NCBI GenBank assembly: GCA_021831785.1
Contig: JAKBMB010000021.1
Coordinates: 8,633-72,632 of the forward strand
DNA from: Deltaproteobacteria bacterium
Lineage (GTDB): Bacteria > Desulfobacterota > Binatia > Binatales > Binataceae
Length of the DNA: 64,000 nt
Reading direction: 5' to 3'
The notes under the pieces were generated by a model. That model ran no database searches and had not been told where the DNA came from. It saw only the letters and a program-made list of their open reading frames with translations. Position numbers and translations under genes: made by a program. Of this stretch, positions 17,609 through 26,563 are shown piece by piece. Position 1 is the stretch's first letter. Each line of letters begins with the position of its first letter.

Positions 17609-20059
17609 TTGATGGTAATGCTTTTGTGGAGCTATTTTATGCGGCTTGAGTCAGGCGAAGAAATTCGTGTGCATGCAACCGGCGGCGGATGGGACGGCTA
17701 CGACATAGACATGCTGGAGCGAATCCAGCGGCGCGTGCTTTGGCTTGCCACCTCGTTGGTGCATCACGCCAACTACGTTCGCCCCAATCCCGATGGGACA
17801 AAGGTCGGCGGCCATGAGGCAAGCTCGGCCTCGGTGGTCACGCTGATGACCGCGCTCTATTTCTATTTTTTGCGTCCCGGCGACCGCGTGTCGGTCAAGC
17901 CGCACGCCTCGCCGGTATTCCACGCGATCCAGTTTTTGCGCGGTCTTTTGCCGCAAGAAAAACTGCGCGCGTTTCGCCAATTCCATGGACTTCAGGCATA
18001 CCCCTCGCGGACCAAAGACCCCGACCAGGTCGACTTTTCGACCGGTTCGGTCGGACTTGGGCCCGTGGCCTGCCTGTTCGGCGCCCTGGTGCGAGACTAT
18101 GTTTTGGACCATTTCGGGACCTGCGGATCAAACCGCTTCATCTCGATCGTGGGCGACGCCGAGCTGGACGAAGGCAACGTATGGGAGGCTTTAGGGGAAG
18201 AATACACCCATCGGCTCTCGCGCCTGATCTGGATTATCGACCTTAATCGCCAGAGCCTTGACCGGGTCGTGCCGGACGGGCGCGCCCAGCAACTCGAAGA
18301 GATGTTCCGGATCAACGGATGGCGCGTCATCGACCTTAAGTATGGCAAAAAACTCGAGGCCGTGTTTCGCCGGCCATACGGCCACAAGCTGCGCGCGCGC
18401 ATCGATGAGATGAGCAACGAGGAGTACCAAAGCTTGCTGCTCAAGGACGGCGAGAGCATCCGCGCGCGCCTCGTCGCGCCCGAGGGAAGGGTTGATCCGT
18501 CGATGGCCGAACTACTCGAACCTTATCGCTCGAGCGAGGTGAAAGAGCTGCTCGGCAATCTGGGTGGACACGATTTTGCGCGCGTGCTCGAAGCCTTCGA
18601 CGAGGCCTTCGCGGCCGGCAAACAGCCCGTGGCCGTGTTCGCTTACACGATCAAAGGTTGGGGACTTCCGTTCGCCGGCAATCCGGCCAACCACGCCGGC
18701 CTGCTCAAGCCGGCGCAGCTTGAGGAGCTGCGCGATAGCCTCGGGATCGCGCGCGGCGAAGAATTTCCGCCTTTCCCCGCCGCCGGCGAAGAGGCGGTTT
18801 ATATCGAACGGCGGCTCAAGACCCTTGGCTGGAGAGACCAATTAACGCCGCGGGTCTGTGAAGCGATCGAAATTCCTAAACGGCTCGGGGCCGCTTATCA
18901 CGGGACACTTTCCACTCAAAGCGCGCTCGGCGCCATTTTCCTCTCACTGAGCCGCCGGCCCGAGATTGCAAAGCACTTGGTCACCGTCTCGCCCGACGTT
19001 GCCACGTCCACCAACTTGGGAGGATGGATTCATAGGATGGGCGTCTATTCGCGGCGCCAAGCCAGAAACTACTTCAAAGAGGAAGGCATCTCGCTGCTCA
19101 TCGACTGGCGCGAAAGCCCGTCCGGGCATCACCTCGAGCTCGGCATCTCGGAGAACAATCTTTTCCTGCTGCTGGCGGCCTTAGGCATGGCTGACGAGTT
19201 TCACGGGCATCGCCTGCTTCCGGTGGGCACGATCTACGACCCGTTCATCTGCCGCGCGCTTGACGCGTTGATCTATGCGGCATACTCCGACGCCCGGTTC
19301 ATCATCGTCGGCACGCCCTCGGGCATCAGTTTGAGCCCGGAAGGTGGCGCGCATCAGTCGATCATCACGCCCGGCGTGGGCGTGCAGTTGCCCGGCGTGA
19401 CCTATCACGAGCCGGCGTTCGGCACCGAGTTGGAATGGATTCTTCTGAACGCGCTTAAGCGCATGCAGGAGCGCGGCGGCTCAAGCGCCTACCTGCGCGT
19501 ATCCACCAAACCGCTCGATCAGGAGCTGTTCAACACGATTCTGGCCGAGCGAGGCGAGGAGGACCTGCGCGCGCAGGTGCTAAAGGGCGGCTACCGTTTC
19601 GTGGATTGCCGCACCGCGCAAGGCTACCGGCCGGCCGAAAACGCGGTGCATCTGTTCGCCAGCGGCGCGATGGTCAAAGAGGCGTTCGCCGCGGCCGGCG
19701 AACTTCGCGCGCGGGGAATCTTCGCCAACCTGTTCAATGTTACCAGCGCCGATCTTCTTTTCCACGATTACATGGCCGCACAAAAGGCAAGAATGCGCGG
19801 CGAGAAAAGAAACGGTTGGTTGGAGGAGCTGGTTGCGCCCGAAGAGCGCATCGCCCCGATCGTAACCGTGCATGACGCTCATCCCCATACACTTTCGTTC
19901 ATCGGCGGAGCGCTATCGGCTCGAATGATTAATCTGGGCGTAACCGAGTTCGGCCAATCCGGCACTCAAGGAGAACTTTACCGCGCTTACGAAATCGACA
20001 CATCGACCATCGTCAGTGCGGCGCAGTGGCTGGTCGCGCAGGCCACAATCGGGCCGTGA
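17609..20059 (+). CDS. thiamine-diphosphate enzyme related to homodimeric pyruvate dehydrogenase E1 (AceE) / transketolase superfamily
   Basis: GGHEASSASVVTLMTALYFYFLRPGDRVSVKPHASPVFHAIQFLRG...FRQFHGLQAYPS...STGSVGLGP...VGDAELDEGNVWEAL...IDLNRQSLD parallels AceE blocks (GGH.AS..S...LY...FNHFFR; GDGE.DEPES; NCNLQRLDG). No E2/E3 genes lie nearby. Confidence 0.7.
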   Translation: MMVMLLWSYFMRLESGEEIRVHATGGGWDGYDIDMLERIQRRVLWLATSLVHHANYVRPNPDGTKVGGHEASSASVVTLMTALYFYFLRPGDRVSVKPHASPVFHAIQFLRGLLPQEKLRAFRQFHGLQAYPSRTKDPDQVDFSTGSVGLGPVACLFGALVRDYVLDHFGTCGSNRFISIVGDAELDEGNVWEALGEEYTHRLSRLIWIIDLNRQSLDRVVPDGRAQQLEEMFRINGWRVIDLKYGKKLEAVFRRPYGHKLRARIDEMSNEEYQSLLLKDGESIRARLVAPEGRVDPSMAELLEPYRSSEVKELLGNLGGHDFARVLEAFDEAFAAGKQPVAVFAYTIKGWGLPFAGNPANHAGLLKPAQLEELRDSLGIARGEEFPPFPAAGEEAVYIERRLKTLGWRDQLTPRVCEAIEIPKRLGAAYHGTLSTQSALGAIFLSLSRRPEIAKHLVTVSPDVATSTNLGGWIHRMGVYSRRQARNYFKEEGISLLIDWRESPSGHHLELGISENNLFLLLAALGMADEFHGHRLLPVGTIYDPFICRALDALIYAAYSDARFIIVGTPSGISLSPEGGAHQSIITPGVGVQLPGVTYHEPAFGTELEWILLNALKRMQERGGSSAYLRVSTKPLDQELFNTILAERGEEDLRAQVLKGGYRFVDCRTAQGYRPAENAVHLFASGAMVKEAFAAAGELRARGIFANLFNVTSADLLFHDYMAAQKARMRGEKRNGWLEELVAPEERIAPIVTVHDAHPHTLSFIGGALSARMINLGVTEFGQSGTQGELYRAYEIDTSTIVSAAQWLVAQATIGP

Positions 20060-20079
20060 GCCGCCCAGCCGCGACGCCG

Positions 20080-22605
20080 CTATAACGGCGGGATCGGCAC
20101 CGTGATGCTGTTATAGACCGCGAGCCTCGGTGCGTACATCGCCTGGAAAATGCCGATCCCTGCGGCCGGACGGAGCAGGTTCGTGCGATTGAATATGTTG
20201 TTTATCACGATTCGATCCTGTACTTCGCCGACCCAAGGGAGCGAGAATGTCCGCCCCATTCCCCAGTTTATCCACCACCACATCGGTTCCTGCCGGGTAT
20301 CGGCGAATCCACCGACATAACCGCTTCCGTAAATCCCGTCCACGCTGAAGAGATACTTTTCCCAGCGGTAGGCGGCTCCGCCGCTAACCGCGACAAGCGG
20401 CTCGTGGTCAAGCACGATATAGTGCGTGTTGATGTATTGGAGTTCCTGCTGGTCGAAGTTGTACTGGCCGGTAGCTATGCCTTTGTCTTTTTCCTCGCCA
20501 ACGGTCAAGTTGAAGCGCAGCGTCAGCTTTTCAAGGTTGTAGGTTAGGCTATTCTCTGTTCCCCAGCCATAGCCATGTACATAGTTGAATGGTATGTCGA
20601 TGGGCACATAGCCGAAAAAGCCGTAGTCCAGGTAGTCATGGTCGATGCGGAAATAGTCGTCATGCTGGTAGACCAGCCGCGGCGTCACGTGATACACCGC
20701 GCCAACGTCCCAGTACCAATCTCGCTCCGGCTTGGGGAAGGCCCCTTCCGGTACGCTGCCGAAGCCCGCGGACGTGTTGGCAAAGGTCCCGAAGGCGGTT
20801 GGCGAGAGGGCGAAGAAGTTCGGGATTTGGAAGTAGCGGGCAAAGCCGGCATGGAAGGCTGCGTCCGGCCGAGCCTTGTAAACGAGGTTGATGCTGGGGC
20901 TAAACTGCTCGCCGGTGGCAAAGCCCGTCACCTTGTCCCAGCGGGCCCCAAAATTGGCGGTCAGCCGCTCGTCTATCTTCCAGGTGTCCTGTAGGTAAAC
21001 GCCATAGACCATGTTGAGTCCGTTGAGGCTATCGGACAGGCCGATCGGCGTGTCGCTGGTCTGCTGGCCTTGATCATTGACCGGGAAGGTGAGCGTAAAG
21101 CTGCTCGACGCGGTATTGTAGGCGCCCACGTAAAAGCCCGCGGCGAGCGTATGCGAAGCGCCGAGTTGATAGGTGAAGTCGCCCTGAAAGGTATTCGCCA
21201 GACCTTCGACCAAGGCGTTCGGAGCCGCTCCCTGATAAATGAGGTCACCAACCGGGTCAGGAAGGTAATGCTGGCTCTGGTAATGGATCGAATAAGCGAG
21301 CTGATAGGTCAGCGCGGGCGAAAGCAGACCATTGAGCGCGAGCACCGCCCAATAGTCCCGCTGCTCAAAGTTAGCGTCAATGGCCGTGGACGGGTAGGTG
21401 GCCGAATTGACGCCCGACAGGTTGTACTGGGGCGCCAACCCGACGCTGTTCGGGAACTGGCTGTTCCATACCGCCAGTCCGGTGAGAAGACTTAGACGGG
21501 CCGTTGGCGCGATGTCGTAGGTGAAGTACCCGAAGCCCTCGCCAAGGTCCGACAGGTCGTGGATCGGATTGGGGGCAGGCGTGGCGGAGCTGAATCCGAT
21601 GTTATCGTGCTGGTACATGCCCATGACGTAGTAGCTGAACTTGTCGTGGCAGCCCGCCATCTCAAAGCTCGGCTGAGCGGTCTCGCGTTGGCCGCCGTAA
21701 ATGCCGACGTCGCCCCCCTTGTCGGTACAACCGTCCTTAGTTTTGATCTGAACGACGCCGTTATTTTCGAACCCGTACTGCGCCGGCAGGATGCCGTCGA
21801 GCAAGCTTACGTCCTTGACGATGAACGAGTTCAACACCTGAACAAAGCCGGAGTTGGTATAAATGTTGAGCGGCAGCATCACGCCGTTAACCTGGTACTG
21901 AACGTTACCGATCGCCCAGCCGCGCACATGAACCAATCCGTTGCGGTCATAGCTCACCCCAGGCATCTGCGCCAGCACGTCGCTCAGCGGGGTGTACTCG
22001 CCTTGGGGGAGCTCTTCGATGTCGCGCTCGGTCATGGTGTATTTGGTGGCGCCAGTATCGGACAAGCCGTTTTGCGCGCGCAGCACCTGTTCTTTTACCT
22101 GAAGCGTGAGCGCTCGCTGTGATTCCAGCACGATGGCGACCATTGCGCCTCTCTCGGCCGGAAAAGTGACGATTTTGACGGCGGGCTTGAATCCTTCTTT
22201 TGCCGCTATAAGAGCGTATACGCCAGGCGCCGGCGCCGGCACTTCAAAACGTCCTCGCGAGTCGGACACCGCGTGCGCGACTTCCTTACCGTTTTGCGCT
22301 CGCAGGCCGACGCGCGCTAGCTCTAGCGGGCGGCCGAGCGCGTCTCTCACGGTACCGCTGATTCCCTGCTGGCCCGCCCACGCCAGCGCGCAAAGTCCGA
22401 GCGCGAACGCCGCGGCCGGCAGCAGTAGGCAGGCTATCCGACGCCCGGCGCGACCTGTCAGCGTGTCTGCTCGCTCGCCCCCGGCCCCGTCGACAGGCGG
22501 TCTTTCATTCCTTGAGTCTGTGGATTCCGCCGCCGGTGCTGAAAGCGCCTCGGCTTTGAAGGCTGTTCGTGCCGCCGGAAACGACCTAGGCCACAAGCCT
22601 GACAT
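20080..22605 (-). CDS. TonB-dependent receptor with N-terminal carboxypeptidase-regulatory-like domain
   Basis: Signal-like RRIACLLLPAAAFALGLCALAWA; a CarboxypepD_reg-like segment GTVRDALGRPLELARVGLRAQNGKEVAHAVSDSRGRFEV; plug MTERDIEELPQGEYTPLSDVLAQMPGV; beta-barrel-like C-terminus. Start moved to Met136 of ORF 20080..23010. Confidence 0.85.
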   Translation of the reverse strand: MSGLWPRSFPAARTAFKAEALSAPAAESTDSRNERPPVDGAGGERADTLTGRAGRRIACLLLPAAAFALGLCALAWAGQQGISGTVRDALGRPLELARVGLRAQNGKEVAHAVSDSRGRFEVPAPAPGVYALIAAKEGFKPAVKIVTFPAERGAMVAIVLESQRALTLQVKEQVLRAQNGLSDTGATKYTMTERDIEELPQGEYTPLSDVLAQMPGVSYDRNGLVHVRGWAIGNVQYQVNGVMLPLNIYTNSGFVQVLNSFIVKDVSLLDGILPAQYGFENNGVVQIKTKDGCTDKGGDVGIYGGQRETAQPSFEMAGCHDKFSYYVMGMYQHDNIGFSSATPAPNPIHDLSDLGEGFGYFTYDIAPTARLSLLTGLAVWNSQFPNSVGLAPQYNLSGVNSATYPSTAIDANFEQRDYWAVLALNGLLSPALTYQLAYSIHYQSQHYLPDPVGDLIYQGAAPNALVEGLANTFQGDFTYQLGASHTLAAGFYVGAYNTASSSFTLTFPVNDQGQQTSDTPIGLSDSLNGLNMVYGVYLQDTWKIDERLTANFGARWDKVTGFATGEQFSPSINLVYKARPDAAFHAGFARYFQIPNFFALSPTAFGTFANTSAGFGSVPEGAFPKPERDWYWDVGAVYHVTPRLVYQHDDYFRIDHDYLDYGFFGYVPIDIPFNYVHGYGWGTENSLTYNLEKLTLRFNLTVGEEKDKGIATGQYNFDQQELQYINTHYIVLDHEPLVAVSGGAAYRWEKYLFSVDGIYGSGYVGGFADTRQEPMWWWINWGMGRTFSLPWVGEVQDRIVINNIFNRTNLLRPAAGIGIFQAMYAPRLAVYNSITVPIPPL

Positions 22606-23339
22606 GACCCTTTGACCCGCAGCGGCTAGCCCGCAACGCAGCGAAAAAGGGCAGCCTCGCCCGGCGCAAGTGAGCTCCAGGCTGCGTGCCTGAGATTCCG
22701 AATCCGCAACCGAGGCGGCGGGGGCGCGCGATGCAAAGGCGGCAGTGAAAGAAGCTACACACATGAGCCCGGTTCCGGCAGTCACGATAGTGAAACTCGT
22801 TCTCAATCTCAATAGCGGCGCCAAATCGAAGGGCGGCTGCGTCGAGTGCACAAGCGGCCGAAGCCAGCCGCGCGGCAGGTGGGCGTCAGCGAACGAAGAA
22901 ACAGCGAGGAGAAAAGGTGCCGTCTTGGCTCGCTCGGGGCGCTGCCTTGCCCCCCGGCGAGCGAGCGGCGGACGGGCGTGCATAGCGAGGGCCGCGGGGC
23001 GAGCGCCCAAGCGGCGGCCGTCGAGCGTCTTGCTCAGCGCACGGGATGATTCTTAGTCAAGTGAAGAACGGGGCGAACAGAAAAACGGCGCGAGCGATAG
23101 AGGCATAATGGCGTTCCCGGAAAGAGCTTGCCGCTCCTGTGGGTCCGTTTTCATTGACAAATTGCACCTCAGAGGTGAATTTTGACAGCGACACGCAAAA
23201 CGCGGCACGCGATAGATAGGCGACGGCAAATGTGGCAGAGTTAACGGCGAGAATAAATTGCGACCCGGGGGCTCGATGAGGCCCGAGGAGCTCATTTACT
23301 CGGACACATACACGGCTTCGTGCCGGCAATAATGAGGCG

Positions 23340-23930
23340 ATGATGGAACGTAAGATTGCGCTTAGGCTCTCGCTTGCTCTGTTTCTCCTTCTGTCGGCAA
23401 CCGGGTGTGCCAGCGTCAGGCTGAGCGAATACGGCAATACCACCCCCAAGTTTACAATGCGCGATTTCTTTTCCGGGCCGGTTTACGGCGTGGGGATTCG
23501 CCAGGACAATGACCAAATGGTAACGCAGCGCTTCGTGGTCCATATGATTGGACGGTGGAACGGAGGAACGGGCACGCTTGCGGAGCGCATAATTTATGTT
23601 GACAACACACCGCCGCGCGAGCGCAAATGGAGCTTTGTTCAGCTAAATGACCATTCGGTCGAAGTAACGGCTCGTGGAACCGCCGGCGACATAGTCGGCA
23701 CCCCCAACGCCGAGATGGCCGGCTTTGCAACGCATTTGGCATACGACGCCAAGGTTCCCGCAGGCCAAGGCACGCAAGTGGTCCACTTCGACCAATGGAT
23801 GTACATGATACGGTCGGACGTGGTTATGAGCCGCACCAGGATGAGCAGGCACGGCTTTCACGATGGCGATCTGATCGTCCTCTACCAGAAGCTCGCCCCG
23901 ACGCCCGAGAACTTCAAGGCCGTGCAGTAG
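23340..23930 (+). CDS. DUF3833-like lipoprotein
   Basis: Lipobox LLSATGC, then FTMRDFFSGPVYGVGIRQD...RFVVHMIGRWNGGTGTLAERIIY...RKWSF, resembling the DUF3833 family as I recall it. Confidence 0.6.
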   Translation: MMERKIALRLSLALFLLLSATGCASVRLSEYGNTTPKFTMRDFFSGPVYGVGIRQDNDQMVTQRFVVHMIGRWNGGTGTLAERIIYVDNTPPRERKWSFVQLNDHSVEVTARGTAGDIVGTPNAEMAGFATHLAYDAKVPAGQGTQVVHFDQWMYMIRSDVVMSRTRMSRHGFHDGDLIVLYQKLAPTPENFKAVQ

Positions 23931-23974
23931 TACAAGCGCGTGCGAGCGGCCCCATCCGGGCCTGAAACAAATCC

Positions 23975-24002
23975 GCTAGACCACTTGCGCTAGACCACTT
24001 GA
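23975..24002. repeat. perfect tandem duplication, 2 x 14 bp (cgctagaccacttg)
   Basis: cgctagaccacttg at 23975-23988 is repeated at 23989-24002. The second copy contains the stop codon and last codons of the dehydrogenase gene. Confidence 0.9.
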
Positions 24003-24934
24003 TGGAGAAGCTGCGCGCCGCGCAGAAGCCGATGGCAATTCTCAACCGCGATCGCCAGCGTGCGGTCAAGGCTCTGCATCGTGAGCCAGCCGACGTGGGG
24101 CGTGAGCACGGTCGATGGGCAGCGAATCAACGGGTCATCGGGCGCCAACGGTTCTTGCGCAAAAGCGTCCAAGCCGACCGCGCGCAGGCGCCCCTGGCCG
24201 AGCGCGGCGTCAAGAGCGGCGTGATCAATCAGACCGCCGCGCGCCGTGTTGATGAGGATGGCCCCGGGTTTCATCGCAGCTATCGCCTCGGCGTCGATAA
24301 GCTGCTGCGTGTGCGGGGTAAGCGGCAGATGCAAGGAAACGATGTCCGACTCGGCGAGCAAAGTTTTGAGACCACACCAGGGCGCCGGAAAGTCCGGCTT
24401 TCGGGTGCGGGACGTATAGACCACGCGCGCGCCCAGCGCGCTCAGGACCGGGGCCAAGATCCGCGCAATCGCGCCGGCGCCGACTAAGCCGACGGTGCTG
24501 CCCGCGATTTCGCTTAGCCTGTCCTCGAGCTGCGCGGCGAGCGCCCAGCCTTCTCCGCGCCGAACCGCGCCATCGAAGCAGGCGACCCGGCGTGCCGCGG
24601 CAAGCATCAATGCCAGCGTCAGTTCGGCAACCGCCTGGCTGTTGACGCCGGGCATATTGCACACGGCCACGCCGCGGCCGCGGGCCGCCTGGAGGTCAAT
24701 CGTGTTGACCCCCACTCCGAGCTTTTGAATAAGCCTGAGGCGCGGCGCCACGGCCAGCACCTCCGCGGTGATCGGCTTGAGTACGTGCCAGATAACCTCG
24801 GCTTCCCCAATGAGGGCGGCAAACCGTTGCTCATCGGCCTCGGCGCAAAAATCCACCTGCATCTGCCCGGCCGGCAGTTCAGCGACCCGCCGCTTTAAGT
24901 GCGCCCCCGGCTCGTAATGAAACAGCACCTTCAC
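23990..24934 (-). CDS. D-isomer-specific 2-hydroxyacid dehydrogenase (PGDH/GyaR-like)
   Basis: LIQKLGVGVNTIDLQAARGRGVAVCNMPG; NAD motif VGLVGAGAIARILA; LINTARGGLID; VLTPHVGW. Start placed at GTG 24934 (VKVLFHY...) because the 127 upstream codons of ORF 23990..25315 translate REP-like repeats. Confidence 0.85.
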   Translation of the reverse strand: MKVLFHYEPGAHLKRRVAELPAGQMQVDFCAEADEQRFAALIGEAEVIWHVLKPITAEVLAVAPRLRLIQKLGVGVNTIDLQAARGRGVAVCNMPGVNSQAVAELTLALMLAAARRVACFDGAVRRGEGWALAAQLEDRLSEIAGSTVGLVGAGAIARILAPVLSALGARVVYTSRTRKPDFPAPWCGLKTLLAESDIVSLHLPLTPHTQQLIDAEAIAAMKPGAILINTARGGLIDHAALDAALGQGRLRAVGLDAFAQEPLAPDDPLIRCPSTVLTPHVGWLTMQSLDRTLAIAVENCHRLLRGAQLLHQVV

Positions 24935-25117
24935 GGATACGTCTCCATCGCAGTCAGTATGGAGCGATTGGCTCCTTACGTATGTGGCTCTACGCCACGT
25001 TCCTCCAACTCGCAGCGTAACGAACGACATCTGCGAATCAAAGCCGGTCACTCCACACCGGCCAGATCCTGTCTCATAAACGCTTTTGCTTTCTCCCTCA
25101 TGCTGAACCCTTCGCAT

Positions 25118-25309
25118 GTCATTCCACGCCGTTCGCCCGTCATTCCGAGCGCAGCGAGGAATCCCAGCGCACAGCGGCTCAAGGAAAACTCCGCGAAGCA
25201 TCTGCGCGAAGCAATTTGGCTGAAAGGCGAATCGCAGAAGGCATCGAATCACTGCGCGCAGATTCTTCGCCTGGCGCCTCAGAATGACCAAGGCGGCGCT
25301 CGGAATGAC
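25118..25309. repeat. REP-like repeat cluster of the same GTCATTCC / GGAATGAC family
   Basis: gtcattcc (25118), gtcattccgagcgcagcgaggaatccc (25139-25165), agaatgacc (25281), ggaatgac (25302). Confidence 0.65.
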
Positions 25310-25325
25310 ATTCATGCCCTACGGT

Positions 25326-25346
25326 CATTTATGAGACTACTTCTAG
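25326..25346. mobile_element. solo end of the IS5-family element (one mismatch to the right inverted repeat at 8582-8602)
   Basis: catttatgagactacttctag versus catttatgagactgcttctag. No transposase sequence is adjacent. Confidence 0.6.
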
Positions 25347-25838
25347 ATCCTGATCGGCGCTCACGACACCGTAAAGTTGTGGGCCACGGAGCTTCTCTCC
25401 CGCGTCGAGGAGTATGTCGGCTACTACTTTGGCGCGCTACGTTAGGACGAAAAAACTCCGCGGAATTAGGGTTAGACCATTTACTAAGGTTGAGATGCGC
25501 CTCCTTTACGACCAGCTAAGACGGAAGCGCGAGCTTCAAGCCGGCGTGAATTAAGCGTCTCACGTTAGGCAAACCGGTTCGGTTTGAAATTGGCATGCCT
25601 TTTGATACTCATCTTAAAGTGTTTCGTCACGCTGGTGGGGGCTGCGCACGTCCGGTTGAGCAAATGCCAGCCGCGGCTAGGCCGCTTGAGCGTGGAGCAC
25701 CTGCACGCCGCGCTTAGGCACTGGGCGGTAGTGCTTTTTTGCGCGGCAAATGCGCAGGGTTTGTGCAGCAAGCGGGCGCTGTGCTGAAACCACCTCGCGT
25801 GCTTATCGACGACGCTTAAGACGGGAGAGGAAAGCCCG

Positions 25839-26141
25839 ATGCGGCTTACACCGCGCGAGATTGAAAAGTTGATGATATTCACCGCGGCCGAAGTGGCGCG
25901 CAGACGGCGCGCGCGCGGTCTTAAGCTTAATCACCCCGAGGCGCTGGCGCTGATTACCGCCGAACTGCTCGAGGGTATGCGCGACGGACGCTCGGTCTCG
26001 GAGCTGATGGAATACGGGCTTACGATTCTCCAGCGCGACGAGGTGATGGAGGGCGTGCCGGAAATGCTGGACGATGTGCAGGTGGAAGGAACTTTTGCCG
26101 ACGGCACTAAGCTGGTCACCGTCCATCACCCGATACGCTGA
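25839..26141 (+). CDS. ureA: urease subunit gamma
   Basis: [39 protein letters not shown]... is the canonical UreA sequence. Confidence 0.95.
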   Translation: MRLTPREIEKLMIFTAAEVARRRRARGLKLNHPEALALITAELLEGMRDGRSVSELMEYGLTILQRDEVMEGVPEMLDDVQVEGTFADGTKLVTVHHPIR

Positions 26142-26185
26142 TACCCGCGCGCAGGCGCACCGTCACCCGCGCGAAGAGGCGGCAT

Positions 26186-26563
26186 ATGATCCCGGGAGAG
26201 TATCTGTTAGCCGAAGGTGAGATTATTGCCAACGCGGGCCGGCCGACGGTCGAGTCGGTGGTCGTCAATACCGGCGACCGGCCGATTCAGGTTGGCTCCC
26301 ACTTTCATTTCTTCGAGGTCAACCGGGCCCTGCGCTTTGACCGCGGCCAAGCCTTCGGTATGCGACTGAATATTCCGGCCGGCACCGCCGTGCGCTTCGA
26401 GCCTGGCGATGACAAGAAGGTCACGCTGGTCAAGCTCGGCGGAGCGGCGAGCGTATACGGGCTCAATGGGATCACCACCGGGCCGACCGGCGCATCGGCC
26501 AAGGACGCCGCGCTCGACCGAGCGCGAGCAGCGGGCTTTTTGAGGACACCCGATGAGTCTTAA
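26186..26563 (+). CDS. ureB: urease subunit beta
   Basis: [21 protein letters not shown]...[19 protein letters not shown] is canonical UreB. It carries a ~25-aa C-terminal extension that overlaps the ureC start. Confidence 0.95.
   Translation: MIPGEYLLAEGEIIANAGRPTVESVVVNTGDRPIQVGSHFHFFEVNRALRFDRGQAFGMRLNIPAGTAVRFEPGDDKKVTLVKLGGAASVYGLNGITTGPTGASAKDAALDRARAAGFLRTPDES

Noticed and set aside
22606-23010. First 135 codons of ORF 20080..23010
   Set aside because: This part is Arg/Ala/Pro-rich and precedes the obvious signal peptide of the TonB-dependent receptor. A start at Met136 (22605) is more plausible.
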